DNA from: Babesia bigemina
Taxonomy: Eukaryota
DNA length: 64,000 nt
Assembly: GCF_000981445.1 (NCBI RefSeq)
Contig: NC_027218.1
Coordinates: 2,418,001 to 2,482,000 of the forward strand
Direction: 5' to 3'
Positions 12,195-23,312 of the stretch are shown here, one piece after another. Position numbers and translations under genes: made by a program. Position 1 is the stretch's first letter. Every line of letters starts with the position of its first letter. The notes below the pieces were generated by a model that had not been told where the DNA came from, ran no database searches, and was given only the letters and a program-made list of their open reading frames with translations.

Positions 12195-12620
12195 ATGAAG
12201 ACTTGCGCCTCTGAAGATTGGAAGGGCAAGGTAGATCCGTTGCAAACTTGTCTATGTAATGTTGATGTACATGAAAATCATTACAGCATAGAAGAGAGGA
12301 GATGTGATGAAGATTGTGGAGGCTGTGGCTTTATATGCGCATGTAGATGTTGTAAACCTCGCCAACGTGGAATATATGGAGGCCTAGCCACGGGTGCAGT
12401 CGTAGTCGCGGTTACGATTGGTATAGTAATCTATTACGTTGTAACGCATCACATTGCATCTCTCAAGGCAGTTGGTAACTATGTGTCTAATAAACTATGG
12501 GGACCTAGAAAACTAAGATTTATTCCCAGGTCGGAGTTGGACCTCCCCAAAAGTACGCATATTCCCGAAAGCATGGACATTGATCCCTACTCCTTCTTCC
12601 CGTCCAAGGATCTCATGTAG
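12195..12620 (+). CDS. Small Cys-containing single-pass membrane protein
   Basis: ATG at 12195 (MKTCASEDW), CGGCGFICACRCC motif, TM GLATGAVVVAVTIGIVIYYVV. Confidence 0.65.
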   Translation: MKTCASEDWKGKVDPLQTCLCNVDVHENHYSIEERRCDEDCGGCGFICACRCCKPRQRGIYGGLATGAVVVAVTIGIVIYYVVTHHIASLKAVGNYVSNKLWGPRKLRFIPRSELDLPKSTHIPESMDIDPYSFFPSKDLM

Positions 12621-12957
12621 CTTAATGGGCTACGTGGAGTTGTGATAACGCAATGTCTGTCATTTCACGGGAGCAGCGCTCAGCACCATGTCATGTTGTG
12701 CCACGGGATTATGGAGGCACCATCCACAACGGTGTCCAATATATTCCGGAAATCGCAAACCTTCACTCCAACGCATGGCAACATCACGCGGGCCATACAA
12801 GAGTGTATTCGTGCTGTAGCCGAAAGCAAATTACCAGCGTTACACAGAAACGAGTAGCAAGCAATTCTATACACAGGCTCAGCGCAGAGCAGTTGGAAAA
12901 ACACATATCAAGCATTGAATGCAGTACAAACATATTAAAAACAACCGCACAGTCGCT

Positions 12958-15216
12958 TCATTTATTACATGCGTCTATCTGTTGATTGACGTATCGTATG
13001 ACCCCGTCGAAAGTCGGTTGCGGGCCGAAGGTGAGCACTGTGCTATAGTCGTCGAACTTCGACACACCAACGTGGATAGCTTCTGGCGCCAAATGTGTCA
13101 AAGTCTTGGCCCACTCCGCAACTTCGTCGTAGGTAACCCTTTTCGTGCCGTACTTGGTCATAAACTCCGCCAGCCACTCGATGCGCAACACCGGCGGCGA
13201 TGTGTCCGCGATTGAGAGGTCCACAAGAGCGTTCACGAAACGACGAACATCCTTCCAGTATGACACATCATGCTCTTTTGGCTTGACACTGTTGGCACTC
13301 TCAGTGGCGAGACGCTTAGCGCTCTCCCTAATGCGGCGCATACCTGGTGTGTCGAGCAGCTCCGTGTCCATGGGCAACATGGGTGTCTCTCGCATCCTCT
13401 TAGTGGAGAGGCCCACGTAACGTGTCGAGTCGCTCTCGTAATGACTGTTGAAGGACTTGTTTGACGCACTGTCGGGTGAACGGAGCATGCAACTTGTGGT
13501 AAAGTGCTCGTTCTCATGTGGCCGCCGATTGGTGCTGAGCAATGCCGTCGATCGCGTCGGGTTAGTTTCAGCGCATTGTGACATCCTTGAAGCGGATCGC
13601 GAAGGTGTTGACATGGGAGCAAGCATAGCGTTATCCGTCACGAGACTTCCGCACTGCTTCGTTGGCAGGGCCGCCATCGGAATAGGCAGGGCCATTTCTG
13701 GAACAAACCCATCACACGACCCCCTTCCCTGCACGTGTTCCGCCTCACAGCGTGCCAACCACGCACACATGATGCTCTTGAATGCTAAGCACGTACTTTC
13801 GAAGTCGCTGTTCGACGAGCATACTTTCCCGTCCTGCCGGTGGATTCTCACTTGTACGTCGCTGACCAAATCCCCGCGACACTCCTCGTATTCGTTTTTA
13901 TACCGCCTTCGCACCGACTCACTTATACGGACCCACTTCAGCGTTACTAGGTTTGGCGCCATCCAGGCCATCTGCCTAAGTTGATCCATCGTGAAGGCTT
14001 TCCTCGACATCCGCTGCACCATGAGTTGCACCACCTTGAAGTAGGGGCGATCACTGCGCATTGACGACCTCCTGATAAATGTGCACATGTTTTTGAAGTG
14101 CTTGTAGAGAGTGCCCATTTGCGCCCCCATTTTGGCTTCGGAGAACATATCCTTCGGCACCCTTGCGTATGCCATGGGATTTACCTCCTCCTTTCGCATG
14201 TCTTCAAGTCTTGCGCCTCCGAAGGCGTCGAGGTCGGTGGCATACCCAGTTCCAAACATGGCCTGAACGTATCTGTTGGGTGTGCTTGACGCATGAACCC
14301 CGGTTGAGCGACCCGGTGTGCTTATAGGACTCGCGTTGTTCCACTGTGTGTATGACGAGCATAAGGATGCGGGCTGCGTCGAGTCATATACGCAGTCAGA
14401 TTGCGATGTTGACAGCATCGTGTTGAAGCTGCGTATTGGTGTCTGGGTCGCCAGCATGTCGTCGTCGTCCAGGTCGCCGCCAACAAACCCATTTGCTCTA
14501 TCTTCTAATCTGTCAGTCCAACAGCGTGATGATCCGAGTACCTTCAATGACCGTTCCACCTCTTCGTCGTCGGGATATTTGCGCATCTTGGCGCTCCGCA
14601 CCGAGTTCGCCAGAATTGGGTTCTTCACCAAATCGTCACTCACGTTCACATACGTGTCGTTGTCATTCCTTCCTATAGTACGCATTAACAAGTGACGCGA
14701 GTCTGTTTCCCGCTTCTTCCACCTTGACGGTGTCCTCACCGATGTGCCTCGAAATGGCGTTACCTCCGAGGACATGCATTCGTTTTTGTTCGCTACTTCG
14801 CCGAATAACGTTCCCGAATCGGATTCCGCGTTGGAAACATCCAAACGGGATGAATTAGACAACAGTTGTTGCCTCCACTGGACGCGCTCTCTCATGGACA
14901 TTGTAGGCGATCTACTACTCGCCTCCTCAATGCCAGGAAGCGGCACAGATGGCGAAGCGTACTTGCTCCGCAACTTAGGAGTGCCCAGTTTAACGTCAAC
15001 TGCATGTGGCGGCATTATAAAATCTTCCGCCGTAAATTCCTCAAATGTGCCTTCACCTCGGGGTCCGCACAGCGGCGTTGTAGGTTGGTCGAGTTGCTCC
15101 GTGGATGCGATAACTTCGTCCACGGCGTCGCGCACACACTTCGTTGCGTCTTCTTCGATGTGAAAGGAGGTTTGACCCTCCGCGAGGAACGCGTTGGGTG
15201 GCAACAGACACTCCAT
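12958..15216 (-). CDS. CDT1: CDT1-like DNA replication licensing factor
   Basis: The central segment HFKNMCTFIRRSSMRSDRPYFKVVQLMVQRMSRKAFTMDQLRQMAWMAP resembles the CDT1 geminin-binding winged helix. The N-terminus is disordered and S/TP-rich, and there is a C-terminal helical domain. Confidence 0.6.
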   Translation of the reverse strand: MECLLPPNAFLAEGQTSFHIEEDATKCVRDAVDEVIASTEQLDQPTTPLCGPRGEGTFEEFTAEDFIMPPHAVDVKLGTPKLRSKYASPSVPLPGIEEASSRSPTMSMRERVQWRQQLLSNSSRLDVSNAESDSGTLFGEVANKNECMSSEVTPFRGTSVRTPSRWKKRETDSRHLLMRTIGRNDNDTYVNVSDDLVKNPILANSVRSAKMRKYPDDEEVERSLKVLGSSRCWTDRLEDRANGFVGGDLDDDDMLATQTPIRSFNTMLSTSQSDCVYDSTQPASLCSSYTQWNNASPISTPGRSTGVHASSTPNRYVQAMFGTGYATDLDAFGGARLEDMRKEEVNPMAYARVPKDMFSEAKMGAQMGTLYKHFKNMCTFIRRSSMRSDRPYFKVVQLMVQRMSRKAFTMDQLRQMAWMAPNLVTLKWVRISESVRRRYKNEYEECRGDLVSDVQVRIHRQDGKVCSSNSDFESTCLAFKSIMCAWLARCEAEHVQGRGSCDGFVPEMALPIPMAALPTKQCGSLVTDNAMLAPMSTPSRSASRMSQCAETNPTRSTALLSTNRRPHENEHFTTSCMLRSPDSASNKSFNSHYESDSTRYVGLSTKRMRETPMLPMDTELLDTPGMRRIRESAKRLATESANSVKPKEHDVSYWKDVRRFVNALVDLSIADTSPPVLRIEWLAEFMTKYGTKRVTYDEVAEWAKTLTHLAPEAIHVGVSKFDDYSTVLTFGPQPTFDGVIRYVNQQIDACNK

Positions 15217-15661
15217 GGTCCTCGCTCAGGTACACCGCTGCACGTGCAACCTTTGTTGCCCTTAGACAACGCGTAATACGACACACACTCTAATTATTTT
15301 GTCCCGCAGCACGTCTTGAAGCGGAAGGAGCCTGTCTAGTTAGGCGAATCCAGCCAACGTACAGGCGGCTCGGCTGACGGTATGGCAGAGCCCTTCCAAC
15401 AAGTTAACAGACCATTACTCCTCATCAGTTGAATAACGTGTAATATTTAGCGTTGGAATCCATATAAAACGGCCGAGCTTCCCGCACATTACAACGTCAG
15501 AGTCCCCATAGCTCCGTTGGCACGCTGTACTAGACACGCGTACTCGAGCCTTTCAGCTGCAGCTATCGAATGTCGAATTACCAGAGCAAAATTATCCGTG
15601 TAAGTGTCGCCTAAGCGAGAATAAAGTTCGTTGACGAGCTATTCTTAAAGCGACAAGCCCC

Positions 15662-17647
15662 TCAGTCAGCGACGAAGGAAGCCGATGTGGTTACCGGCAG
15701 CACCGGTGTTCTCTGCTGGTTGTACACGTTGTATGCGATATGCTCGTCATCGGCTGCCCACGTGATGCTGGTTGGTAGGTTCTGGTCGCAGAATGAGCAG
15801 CTGAGCGTGAGCGACGGAAGGTTGAAGACCTTGATAAGGTTTCCATACGTACCTACGGCGACGAATGTGTCTGATGTGTTCACCGTTATGGTGGTTGGGA
15901 CCTGGTCGATGAGGATGGAAGAAACCACTGTTTCAGTGGCGACGTCCCAAACTAGCAGTTGCTTGTCCATGGCGACAGTGCATATTTTGTTCGCGGATTT
16001 CGCATGGTGTCCATACTGCCACGACGCTGCGATGATGCTTTTGGTGTGTGCCCTGAGCGACGTTACGCCTCCCTGCAGGCCATGGCCGTCTGGCTTGTAT
16101 ATTTTGAGCGTTTCCGTGCTATCGAGCATTGCCAGACACTTCCCTGTAGGTCCCCACTCCATGAATTGCGGATTAGATTGCACGGCATCCTGCAGGATTG
16201 CGCTCGCGTTTGTGGCAGTGTTATATATGCGAACTGTCGCATCTGCGCTGGCTGCGGCGAACACGTCGTGGTCCCTCCAGTCTATCTCCGTCACCACGGC
16301 GCCCTGGTTGTACACCGTGACGTGGTGGATGCCATTTTCTATCTTGAACACTTGGATGTTGCCCGCCGCGTCTCCCGCAGCCAATTTGCATACGGTGTTC
16401 ACATCATCAGTGTCGTTCCAAAATCGCCGGTTTCCTGAAAATGCCACCGCCGTTATCGGTGCTCTGCCTAGCCTGCCTCCGCACATCCGGCGGCCTTTTT
16501 TGTCCCAGATGACAACTGCGCCTGTTTCGTATCCCGTGCAGAGCGCGTGACCGTCGTACCGCCACCTGAGGCAGGTGCCTACGCCCGCCGGACCGCCGTC
16601 CGTTTCGGTGAGTTTAGCGACGGTTGGCACGATCTCGCAAGTCTTGATTTTCCCCACCTTCGAAATGTCGTACAGGGCCGGCGGCGCCCCCTCCACTCTG
16701 CGCTCGCATGTCGGCGCGTATCAACGTCACTCACCTCTTTGCGATGTATCCCGGTACGGCGGGGTTAAACTGCGCACTCGCTGCTGCGCCCAAAGGCCCG
16801 TAATCCATCAGACACATGTAGCCGGACACCTGCCACCTGTCGGCCAGTCTCCTCTGCGGCGGTCCCACGTATATGGGTGGGATCTGAGCCAGCGCGCTTC
16901 CATCCTGAGACTCGCCACGGTCATTTGCCATGTCTGCATTGATATGACTAAATATACAATCGGTACATGTGTCAGGTATGCCATCGTTCTGCATTTTACA
17001 AACTCCATAGGATATCTGTGAACGCCGTGATGAGGCACGCTGCCGATTGCAACCACCCGGTGCCAGTCATGTCGACCACTGTCACATACATAGACACATA
17101 CGTACGTACAACCGTTATAACGCAAGTATTGTGAACTGAACGTACCTGAATGTCTGCCTGGCGACGCATTGCAGGTGCTTTTGTGTCCATGACGGGCAAC
17201 CTCGCGTGCCAGCTCGTTTTGCTCTGCAGCGAGGAGCATCGTTTCCTTGATGGGCAGGCCATTCTGTTGCCCCAGTTTGCGGAAGCACGCGTGTTTCCGA
17301 AAGAACGAGAAGGGCTCCTCGCACACGATTTGTTCGCCGGTGAGGTCGTCAGTGTGGTACTCGAGGTAGATGTAAATCATGGCCTTCTGCATGAAGGATA
17401 CTAGCGCGTTCGGCGGCAGCTTGTCCGCATGGTTGTTGTAGTATGGATTCCGCTGTATCTCCGCCTCCTTGCTGAAAGAGAAGGCCGTGTGGCTGTACCT
17501 GCGCACCGCTTAGTCTGCTGTGTGAGCATTTGGCCGTCACGCCGGGTCCGCGCGGCCGAGTTCTGCTGCGCCCGTAACTCACCCGTTCTCTATGAGGTAC
17601 CGGTAGACCAGAAGGTTGATGTCGTCCGACGACAGGTTGATCTTCAT
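15662..17647 (-). CDS. TBL1/SIF2-like LisH + WD40 protein (multi-exon)
   Basis: MKINLSSDDINLLVYRYLIENG / YSHTAFSF is the TBL1-type LisH motif, split by an intron. WD40 repeats are in 15662-16696. Confidence 0.8.
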
Positions 17648-17936
17648 CCTGCCGCGTGGTTGTCCGCTGGCACGGCACAGCGTCAGACAGCGACCGCAGG
17701 CGCCTCTCCAGCAGCGCACCCTGACACCCACAAACGCCAAGAAATGTAAACTCAAACCTGTGCTTACTTCAATGTGCATCGCCGTAGCCCACCACCCACA
17801 ACCGGCACACGGGCGCGGCATGCTCTAGGCTACACACGCCACTATTAAGAAGTCAAGCAAAACATTTCATAGACAGCACTTAAGTACAACGGATTATAGA
17901 CGCCACATTGAAGGATTGTTATTTGCATATTAGGGG

Positions 17937-20336
17937 CTACACGGTAGGGACATTTGAGTTAATGATAATGTATGCTTCCTCTTCGATGTGTTGAAGCATA
18001 CCGTCACCTAAGGCTGACGTGTATTCGGATTCAAATGATTTGCGATGTTCCTCTTCCGAGTCTGTGCGCTCGTAATTGAGTGTGTTTTTCTGTTTTGTTA
18101 TCCAAACTCTGGCGTGGAAGTTCGGGGGCCCCGTAACACTTTCGAGTGCCGTCCTGCTTCCTAAGAATCTGGCCATTTTCTTTTCCATATCTTCCAGATT
18201 CCACCGCTGATTTATAGTAAACAAAGAAGACAGAACATCCCTGAGACAGCACTCGTCTTCCTTGCGGTACATCTGCAGCATACACGTGACTCCATCGTCC
18301 TTTGCGACCAAACTCTCCGAGACGAATGACAGATGTAGGGACAAAGGGCTTCTGCAGAGCGACAGCAGGAAGTTCATTGCATGCTTAAACCTGAGCTGCG
18401 TGAGTCCCTTGGTGTTTAGTTTGAAGATGCCATAATTCAAGCATGCCGATTTAGATTCGACCACCTCGTTATCGTAACCCGTGTCGACAGCAAAAAGCTT
18501 CTTGCCACTTAGCGAAAATTGCGTCGCGTCGAAAGGCGTTTGCGTTTTATTGTTGAATATGCGCGACATTTTCTCCGCCACGTCGGTAAAAGATAACCTT
18601 TCGTAATAGAACTTCAAGCACGTAACATAGTCGACAATATCGTCGTCCGATTCCAATCTGCCGTTTATCAAATATTGTATCATGCCGTCAAACAGATAGG
18701 AGGGCACCGATGGCCCAAACAACAATGAATCGATCTTTTTGACGACGGCGAGATACGTCATCTTGTCCTTTTCGTTTGCGATAATAATAGCCCGGACAAT
18801 TTTGCGGTGTATCTTAAAAAGGTTCAATTGCATGTTAGTATCCAACAGTTTGTCTTCGTCCCCCATGTTGTTCAAATAATCTTCGAGGTCCGTAAAGGCT
18901 TCCCGTATGTCACACAAACCTCGCATTATTTGGAACAACGATTTGGGCGTCCTCATATGCGGCGGTAGGAAATCGAACTCTTGTTGGAACGACATAACCA
19001 TCGTCCATACATCTCTTATGGATGGGTTCAAGGCGTCACTTTTTGGCTTTTCACTTTTGGCGAAGTGGATGTCCAACGTGCGCAGGAGCGCTATGCTGAA
19101 CTCCGCTGACAAAATTGGATCTAAATACGCGAATTTGACACCACCAGTATACATGTAATCGCACGGTGATGCAGGAACTGCGTTCATGAGGAACCTTTTG
19201 ATTTGTGCGTCGGAGGCGGGTAATGAGTCCAGGATGGTCTGCAACGACACCTTTTCCTCCTTCCGTGTGCTTGATAAGTTGGGCGCCGTCTTTATAAGGT
19301 TGTGCACGTACGTACACCTCCCAACAACAGACAGGATATTGCAGGACTTATCTTGGTCCGCGTTCACGCGCATAGGGTTGACCAGCAGTATCTTGCCACC
19401 CAACTCTACCCTTTCTAGCAGGTAAGTTTCACCACGCAGGCTAAGAACAAGCCTGGATTGCTTACTTCCCGAATAGTTCTTTAGCAGTTTGAAATATCCC
19501 TGCTCGGCCGTGAACATATCCACCATTGCGTGTGCCACCCTTATCAACAGCCACTGTGGGTCAGTCAATTCCAAATCCTCCGATGGGCATATAAACCACG
19601 GCGAACCGTCACCCATATCAGCAGAGTGCTGAATAATCGACGGCCGTTCACTGAAAACGACCTTTGCACGCGTTACGCCAGATATTTCGAAGTACGCCTC
19701 ATGCGTTTCCGTACATTCGCCGTCCGACGTGCCATTGGTACAGATACAACTACAATGGTCCTCCACCTTCCTAAGTACCAAGAAATGGTCTCCCGATTCC
19801 AGATCCACGTACTTTCCGTTGATAATGTGGGCGCCAACAGTCAGGGTGATCTGCCCATCGCGCCTAGCAGTCGTAGGCTCACCCTCCGATTCGAAAAGCG
19901 GCAGTGACGTCGTGAGTTTCCCCCATGCCAAAGAAGCATTAGTAGTACTTTCTATTGTTATGGACCTGGACATAGCAAACTTGCCATTGACGTCGAAGCT
20001 CCTCGTGATATTCAACGTGTTGATGGCCGTCGGCTGGTGTCTTTTGGGGTGCCTGCTGCGATCACGCGGCTCCGTTTTATACCCAGCAACCTGTGACGCT
20101 ATGGCCTCTTTGATGGGATCCTTGATGATCTGTGGCATATCCCCGAAGAATTCGAGAAGCGAGATGGGCCCGAATGACCGGCCACATGGCGCATCCGTAT
20201 CCTTTCCTTCAGCGCTTAAGATTTTGAACCTGAGTGTCTCTACATGATTAGGATCCTCTTTCTCGGTCTCGTCTTTCGGCGAGTCGCTGCGTTTGCAGCT
20301 TCTGCAGCAGGAAGGTACTTGCGACATCATTGCCAC
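17937..20336 (-). CDS. Putative CTF8-DCC1 fusion protein (Ctf18-RFC accessory subunits)
   Basis: The N-terminal part has Ctf8-like motifs (LLEFFGDM; LTVGAHIINGKYVDL..FLVLRK; FEISGVTRAKVVFSERPSII). The remainder has Dcc1-like motifs (WLLIRV..RLVLSLRGETYLLERVELGGKILLV; LSSLFTINQRWNLEDM). Confidence 0.6.
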   Translation of the reverse strand: MAMMSQVPSCCRSCKRSDSPKDETEKEDPNHVETLRFKILSAEGKDTDAPCGRSFGPISLLEFFGDMPQIIKDPIKEAIASQVAGYKTEPRDRSRHPKRHQPTAINTLNITRSFDVNGKFAMSRSITIESTTNASLAWGKLTTSLPLFESEGEPTTARRDGQITLTVGAHIINGKYVDLESGDHFLVLRKVEDHCSCICTNGTSDGECTETHEAYFEISGVTRAKVVFSERPSIIQHSADMGDGSPWFICPSEDLELTDPQWLLIRVAHAMVDMFTAEQGYFKLLKNYSGSKQSRLVLSLRGETYLLERVELGGKILLVNPMRVNADQDKSCNILSVVGRCTYVHNLIKTAPNLSSTRKEEKVSLQTILDSLPASDAQIKRFLMNAVPASPCDYMYTGGVKFAYLDPILSAEFSIALLRTLDIHFAKSEKPKSDALNPSIRDVWTMVMSFQQEFDFLPPHMRTPKSLFQIMRGLCDIREAFTDLEDYLNNMGDEDKLLDTNMQLNLFKIHRKIVRAIIIANEKDKMTYLAVVKKIDSLLFGPSVPSYLFDGMIQYLINGRLESDDDIVDYVTCLKFYYERLSFTDVAEKMSRIFNNKTQTPFDATQFSLSGKKLFAVDTGYDNEVVESKSACLNYGIFKLNTKGLTQLRFKHAMNFLLSLCRSPLSLHLSFVSESLVAKDDGVTCMLQMYRKEDECCLRDVLSSLFTINQRWNLEDMEKKMARFLGSRTALESVTGPPNFHARVWITKQKNTLNYERTDSEEEHRKSFESEYTSALGDGMLQHIEEEAYIIINSNVPTV

Positions 20337-20800
20337 GCTGTATTCATTCCCGTATAGGAATTTACGTTTTGCAAACCTTACACATCACATGCGGAATCTA
20401 CTTGTGCTCAATTCGTATGCCCTTTAATTCCTTATCGTACATGTAGACATTCGTCGATGGAATCACCTACAGCCTCATGGGAAGCGTGTGTAGACAGACT
20501 AACAAGTGACATAAACTATAACTTCCAGTTCTTCCTACACACTGAGCAGGGCAATTTATGCAAGGTACGACGTATTAAACCGGTTACTGCATTCTCGGTT
20601 GAGGGACGACTGCGGATACCGCAAGGGTCGGTGATGGGCCATCATCCCTCCTCGCTGTGAATTTTTCGTTTGCTGCGCGAATGGCAGACGCCATGACAAC
20701 ACAGTGACATACATTGCCGCCATAGATACGTGCTATAATGGCGTAATGTGTCTACGTTTGCTCTAAATCATTGTGGCTACGACGAACGTCCACGCCGACA

Positions 20801-21369
20801 ATGGACGATAGGCGCATCGTGTTCGACGCCGACCTGGATGCATACGTCGACGAAGGCCCATCAAGACCGCCAATTTGTCGCCATTCGAGGCAGTGCATCG
20901 CATCGAACGGCGGTATCGCCCCTCAGGAGAAGTACTACACGCTTCCTCTTTCGTGCATCCAGAACCACTGCTGGATCGACAAGTGGAGTTTGGCCACTGA
21001 CAAATCGCACCTGCAGCTGCAGTGCGGGATATCGCTGCAGCTGGTGCTGAACGAGCTGCTGAGGGACTCCACGATAACCGTCCACGAGTACTACGAGGCC
21101 CTGAAGTGCTTCAAGCAGGTGCGTCATCGGACAATGCGCTCTGAAAACTTAAAACGTTGCAGGCAGTCCAGGGCAACCTCCATCGCATCAAAGAGCTGCA
21201 ATTCTCCCATCGGCGCAATATGCCGTTGAAGGTGGACGGCCTGCTTGCAAACTACAAGAACGAAGGCGGCACGTGGATCTTCTTTCTGGAGCGCGTCCAC
21301 ATCGCGATGGGCAAGCTGTCCATGTCGTCTCCCTCCATGAAGGTGTGCGTCACCAAGCCCGGCCAATAG
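20801..21369 (+). CDS. TFIIA gamma (small) subunit-like protein; intron 21119-21162
   Basis: The spliced product CGISLQLVLNELLRDSTIT...LKCFKQ/AVQ...LKVDGLLANYKNEGGTWIFFLERVHI...MKVCV matches the TFIIA-gamma pattern (GxSLxxxLDEL; GxLxxYRxxDxxWTFxL). The intron is a 44-nt GT..AG. Confidence 0.65.
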
Positions 21370-21478
21370 ACTTCAAACGAGCGCTTTCACTGTATTGACG
21401 CATCACAAAGCCCGCATCGTTTCAACACCCCGTCGGTGGCATGCTGCCACCATCACATCTTTCCAAACAACACGTCAC

Positions 21479-21558
21479 AGCACTACCACATCAAAGCACT
21501 ACCACATCAAAGCACTACCACATCAAAGCGCTACTACATCACAGCACTACCACATCAC
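21479..21558 (+). repeat. Tandem 16-bp minisatellite (AGCACTACCACATCAA) x5
   Basis: Three perfect copies and two slightly degenerate copies. Confidence 0.9.
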
Positions 21559-21624
21559 GCTTACAAACACGTAATCCATGACGTCAATAACTCAATTAAA
21601 GAATTATTTCATTATGGTTTTCAT

Positions 21625-21735
21625 GGCGCCATCGACACCATCAGTGAACTAACCGCCATTGACAGCGCCACCAGTTCACTCGCCGCCATTAACACAACCA
21701 CCAGTGCACCCGCCGCCATTGACAGCGCCAACTAC
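21625..21735 (+). repeat. Degenerate ~30-bp tandem repeat (CCGCCATTGACAGCGCCACCAGT...) x~3.5
   Basis: Recurring cgccat(t/c)(g/a)aca...ccagt units just beyond the Obg stop codon. Confidence 0.7.
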
Positions 21736-21737
21736 CC

Positions 21738-23017
21738 TCATCCCACCATGATCTCACCTGGCGGCTCGTCCGGTTGTTTGATGAACTTGATTTCCTGGCT
21801 CTCCACCGTTTCTCGCGGCGTGTACAGCACCTGCTTCGGGTGAACGAGCTCCCTGAGCGTGTTGACCAGCCGCTGCAGCCCCAGCCTGTGCGTCGCCGAG
21901 GTGCCCACCACCCTCACGTGCGGCGTCTCGTTCCGCAGCTTGTAGTATACCTTGTCGAGGTTGTAGAGCGCCTCCTTGTGGAACATGTCGCACTTGGTCA
22001 TGACGACGAGCTCCGTCTTGTCTTGCTGGTACATGTTCGACGCCTTGACTATGGCCCTCAGCTGTTGCAGGGTGTCCACCGGGTCGCCTTGGTCGTCAGC
22101 TGCGTTGATGACGTATGCCACCACCTTCGTGCGATATATGTGCCGCAATATCCTCGCGTAAATCTGCTCGTTTTCCGCTGAGAATGGCGGCAGGTCCATC
22201 AGCCTGACGTCGAGCCCGTCGACGAACCTCAGCACCGCCACGTGCGGCCTGGTGGTGGAGCCCTCCTCGGGCCCGATTCTGGTCATGTAGGACGTCAGCG
22301 CGCTTACGAGGCTGGTCTTGCCGGCGTTCGGCCTCCCGATGAGCGCCACGTCGTTTATCAGCCTCAGCTCCAGTTCGATGTGGGTGGTCTCCCCCACCTC
22401 CGGCAGCCTGTTGTCGTGCTTCTTGAACGTCGACGGCCCCAGCCCCCCCTTCCCGCCGCGCGCCACCACTATCGAGTGCCGTTCCTCCTGGAACTGGTGC
22501 CTGCAGCCACCCCGTGAACACACTCCGAGCCACGTGCTCCACTTACCAGAAGACACTCCGGTACCCCGCCATGGTTTTGATGCGCTTCCTGACTATGACC
22601 CCGAGCGGCACATTGACCGTGGTGTGCTTGGCGTGCTTCCCGCGACTTGTGCCCTCCGCGTCTCCTCCGTTGTTCGCCTTGATGGTCTCCTCGATGTGCA
22701 GCAGGCTCTCCACCAGGTGCGTCGGCTTGAGGATGACATCCCCGCCGTGCCCGCCGTAGCCCGGCCCCGCCAGCTTCTGCGAGCGGTTGACGTTCGGCAG
22801 CGGGCTTCCGCCGTGCCCGCCCCTGCACTTGACCCTGAGGTAGTCCACGAACGGCGTCTGGTACCTGGCAAGAGGCTGAGTGTGCGGCCGGCATGCGTTA
22901 CCTGGGGAAGGTCTCCTCGTGCTTGGGCGCCATCAGTTCGCCAAACACCTTGGCGACGTCCTTGTTAAACGTCCTGGCCACCCCCGAGGCCCTCCAGGGC
23001 GACCGCATCAGCGCCAT
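21738..23017 (-). CDS. Obg-family GTPase (probably organellar); 3 exons
   Basis: Obg-fold motifs FVDYLRVKCRGGHGG and GGHGGDV, G1 GRPNAGKTS, G4-like TKCD, and two short GT-AG introns. Confidence 0.85.
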
Positions 23018-23312
23018 CGGCTGGATGTGTAGCCGCCTTCATCTCCGTCGTTCGGTGCCATCGGCGGCCGTCCAGCGGTGCACTCAACCATCCATTCCCG
23101 CTGAGCTGGCACTATTTACTGTCATTAACCCACTTTAAGCTTTTTCACCTGTGTCTAATCCCTGTGTAGATCACGTCGCCCACCTGCTCTGCCTATTCAC
23201 CCCGTCAATAGCGTCGGCCGGCGCGGCATTCTTGGGCTCTTCGCCGCCACACCCAGCCTCCCCAAATTACAGACATCGTCTTTGACACCGTCTGACCATC
23301 TGCGGGCGCAAA

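Noticed and set aside
21479..21558. CRISPR-like array
   Set aside because: Head-to-tail repeats with no spacers, no cas genes and a eukaryotic genome.
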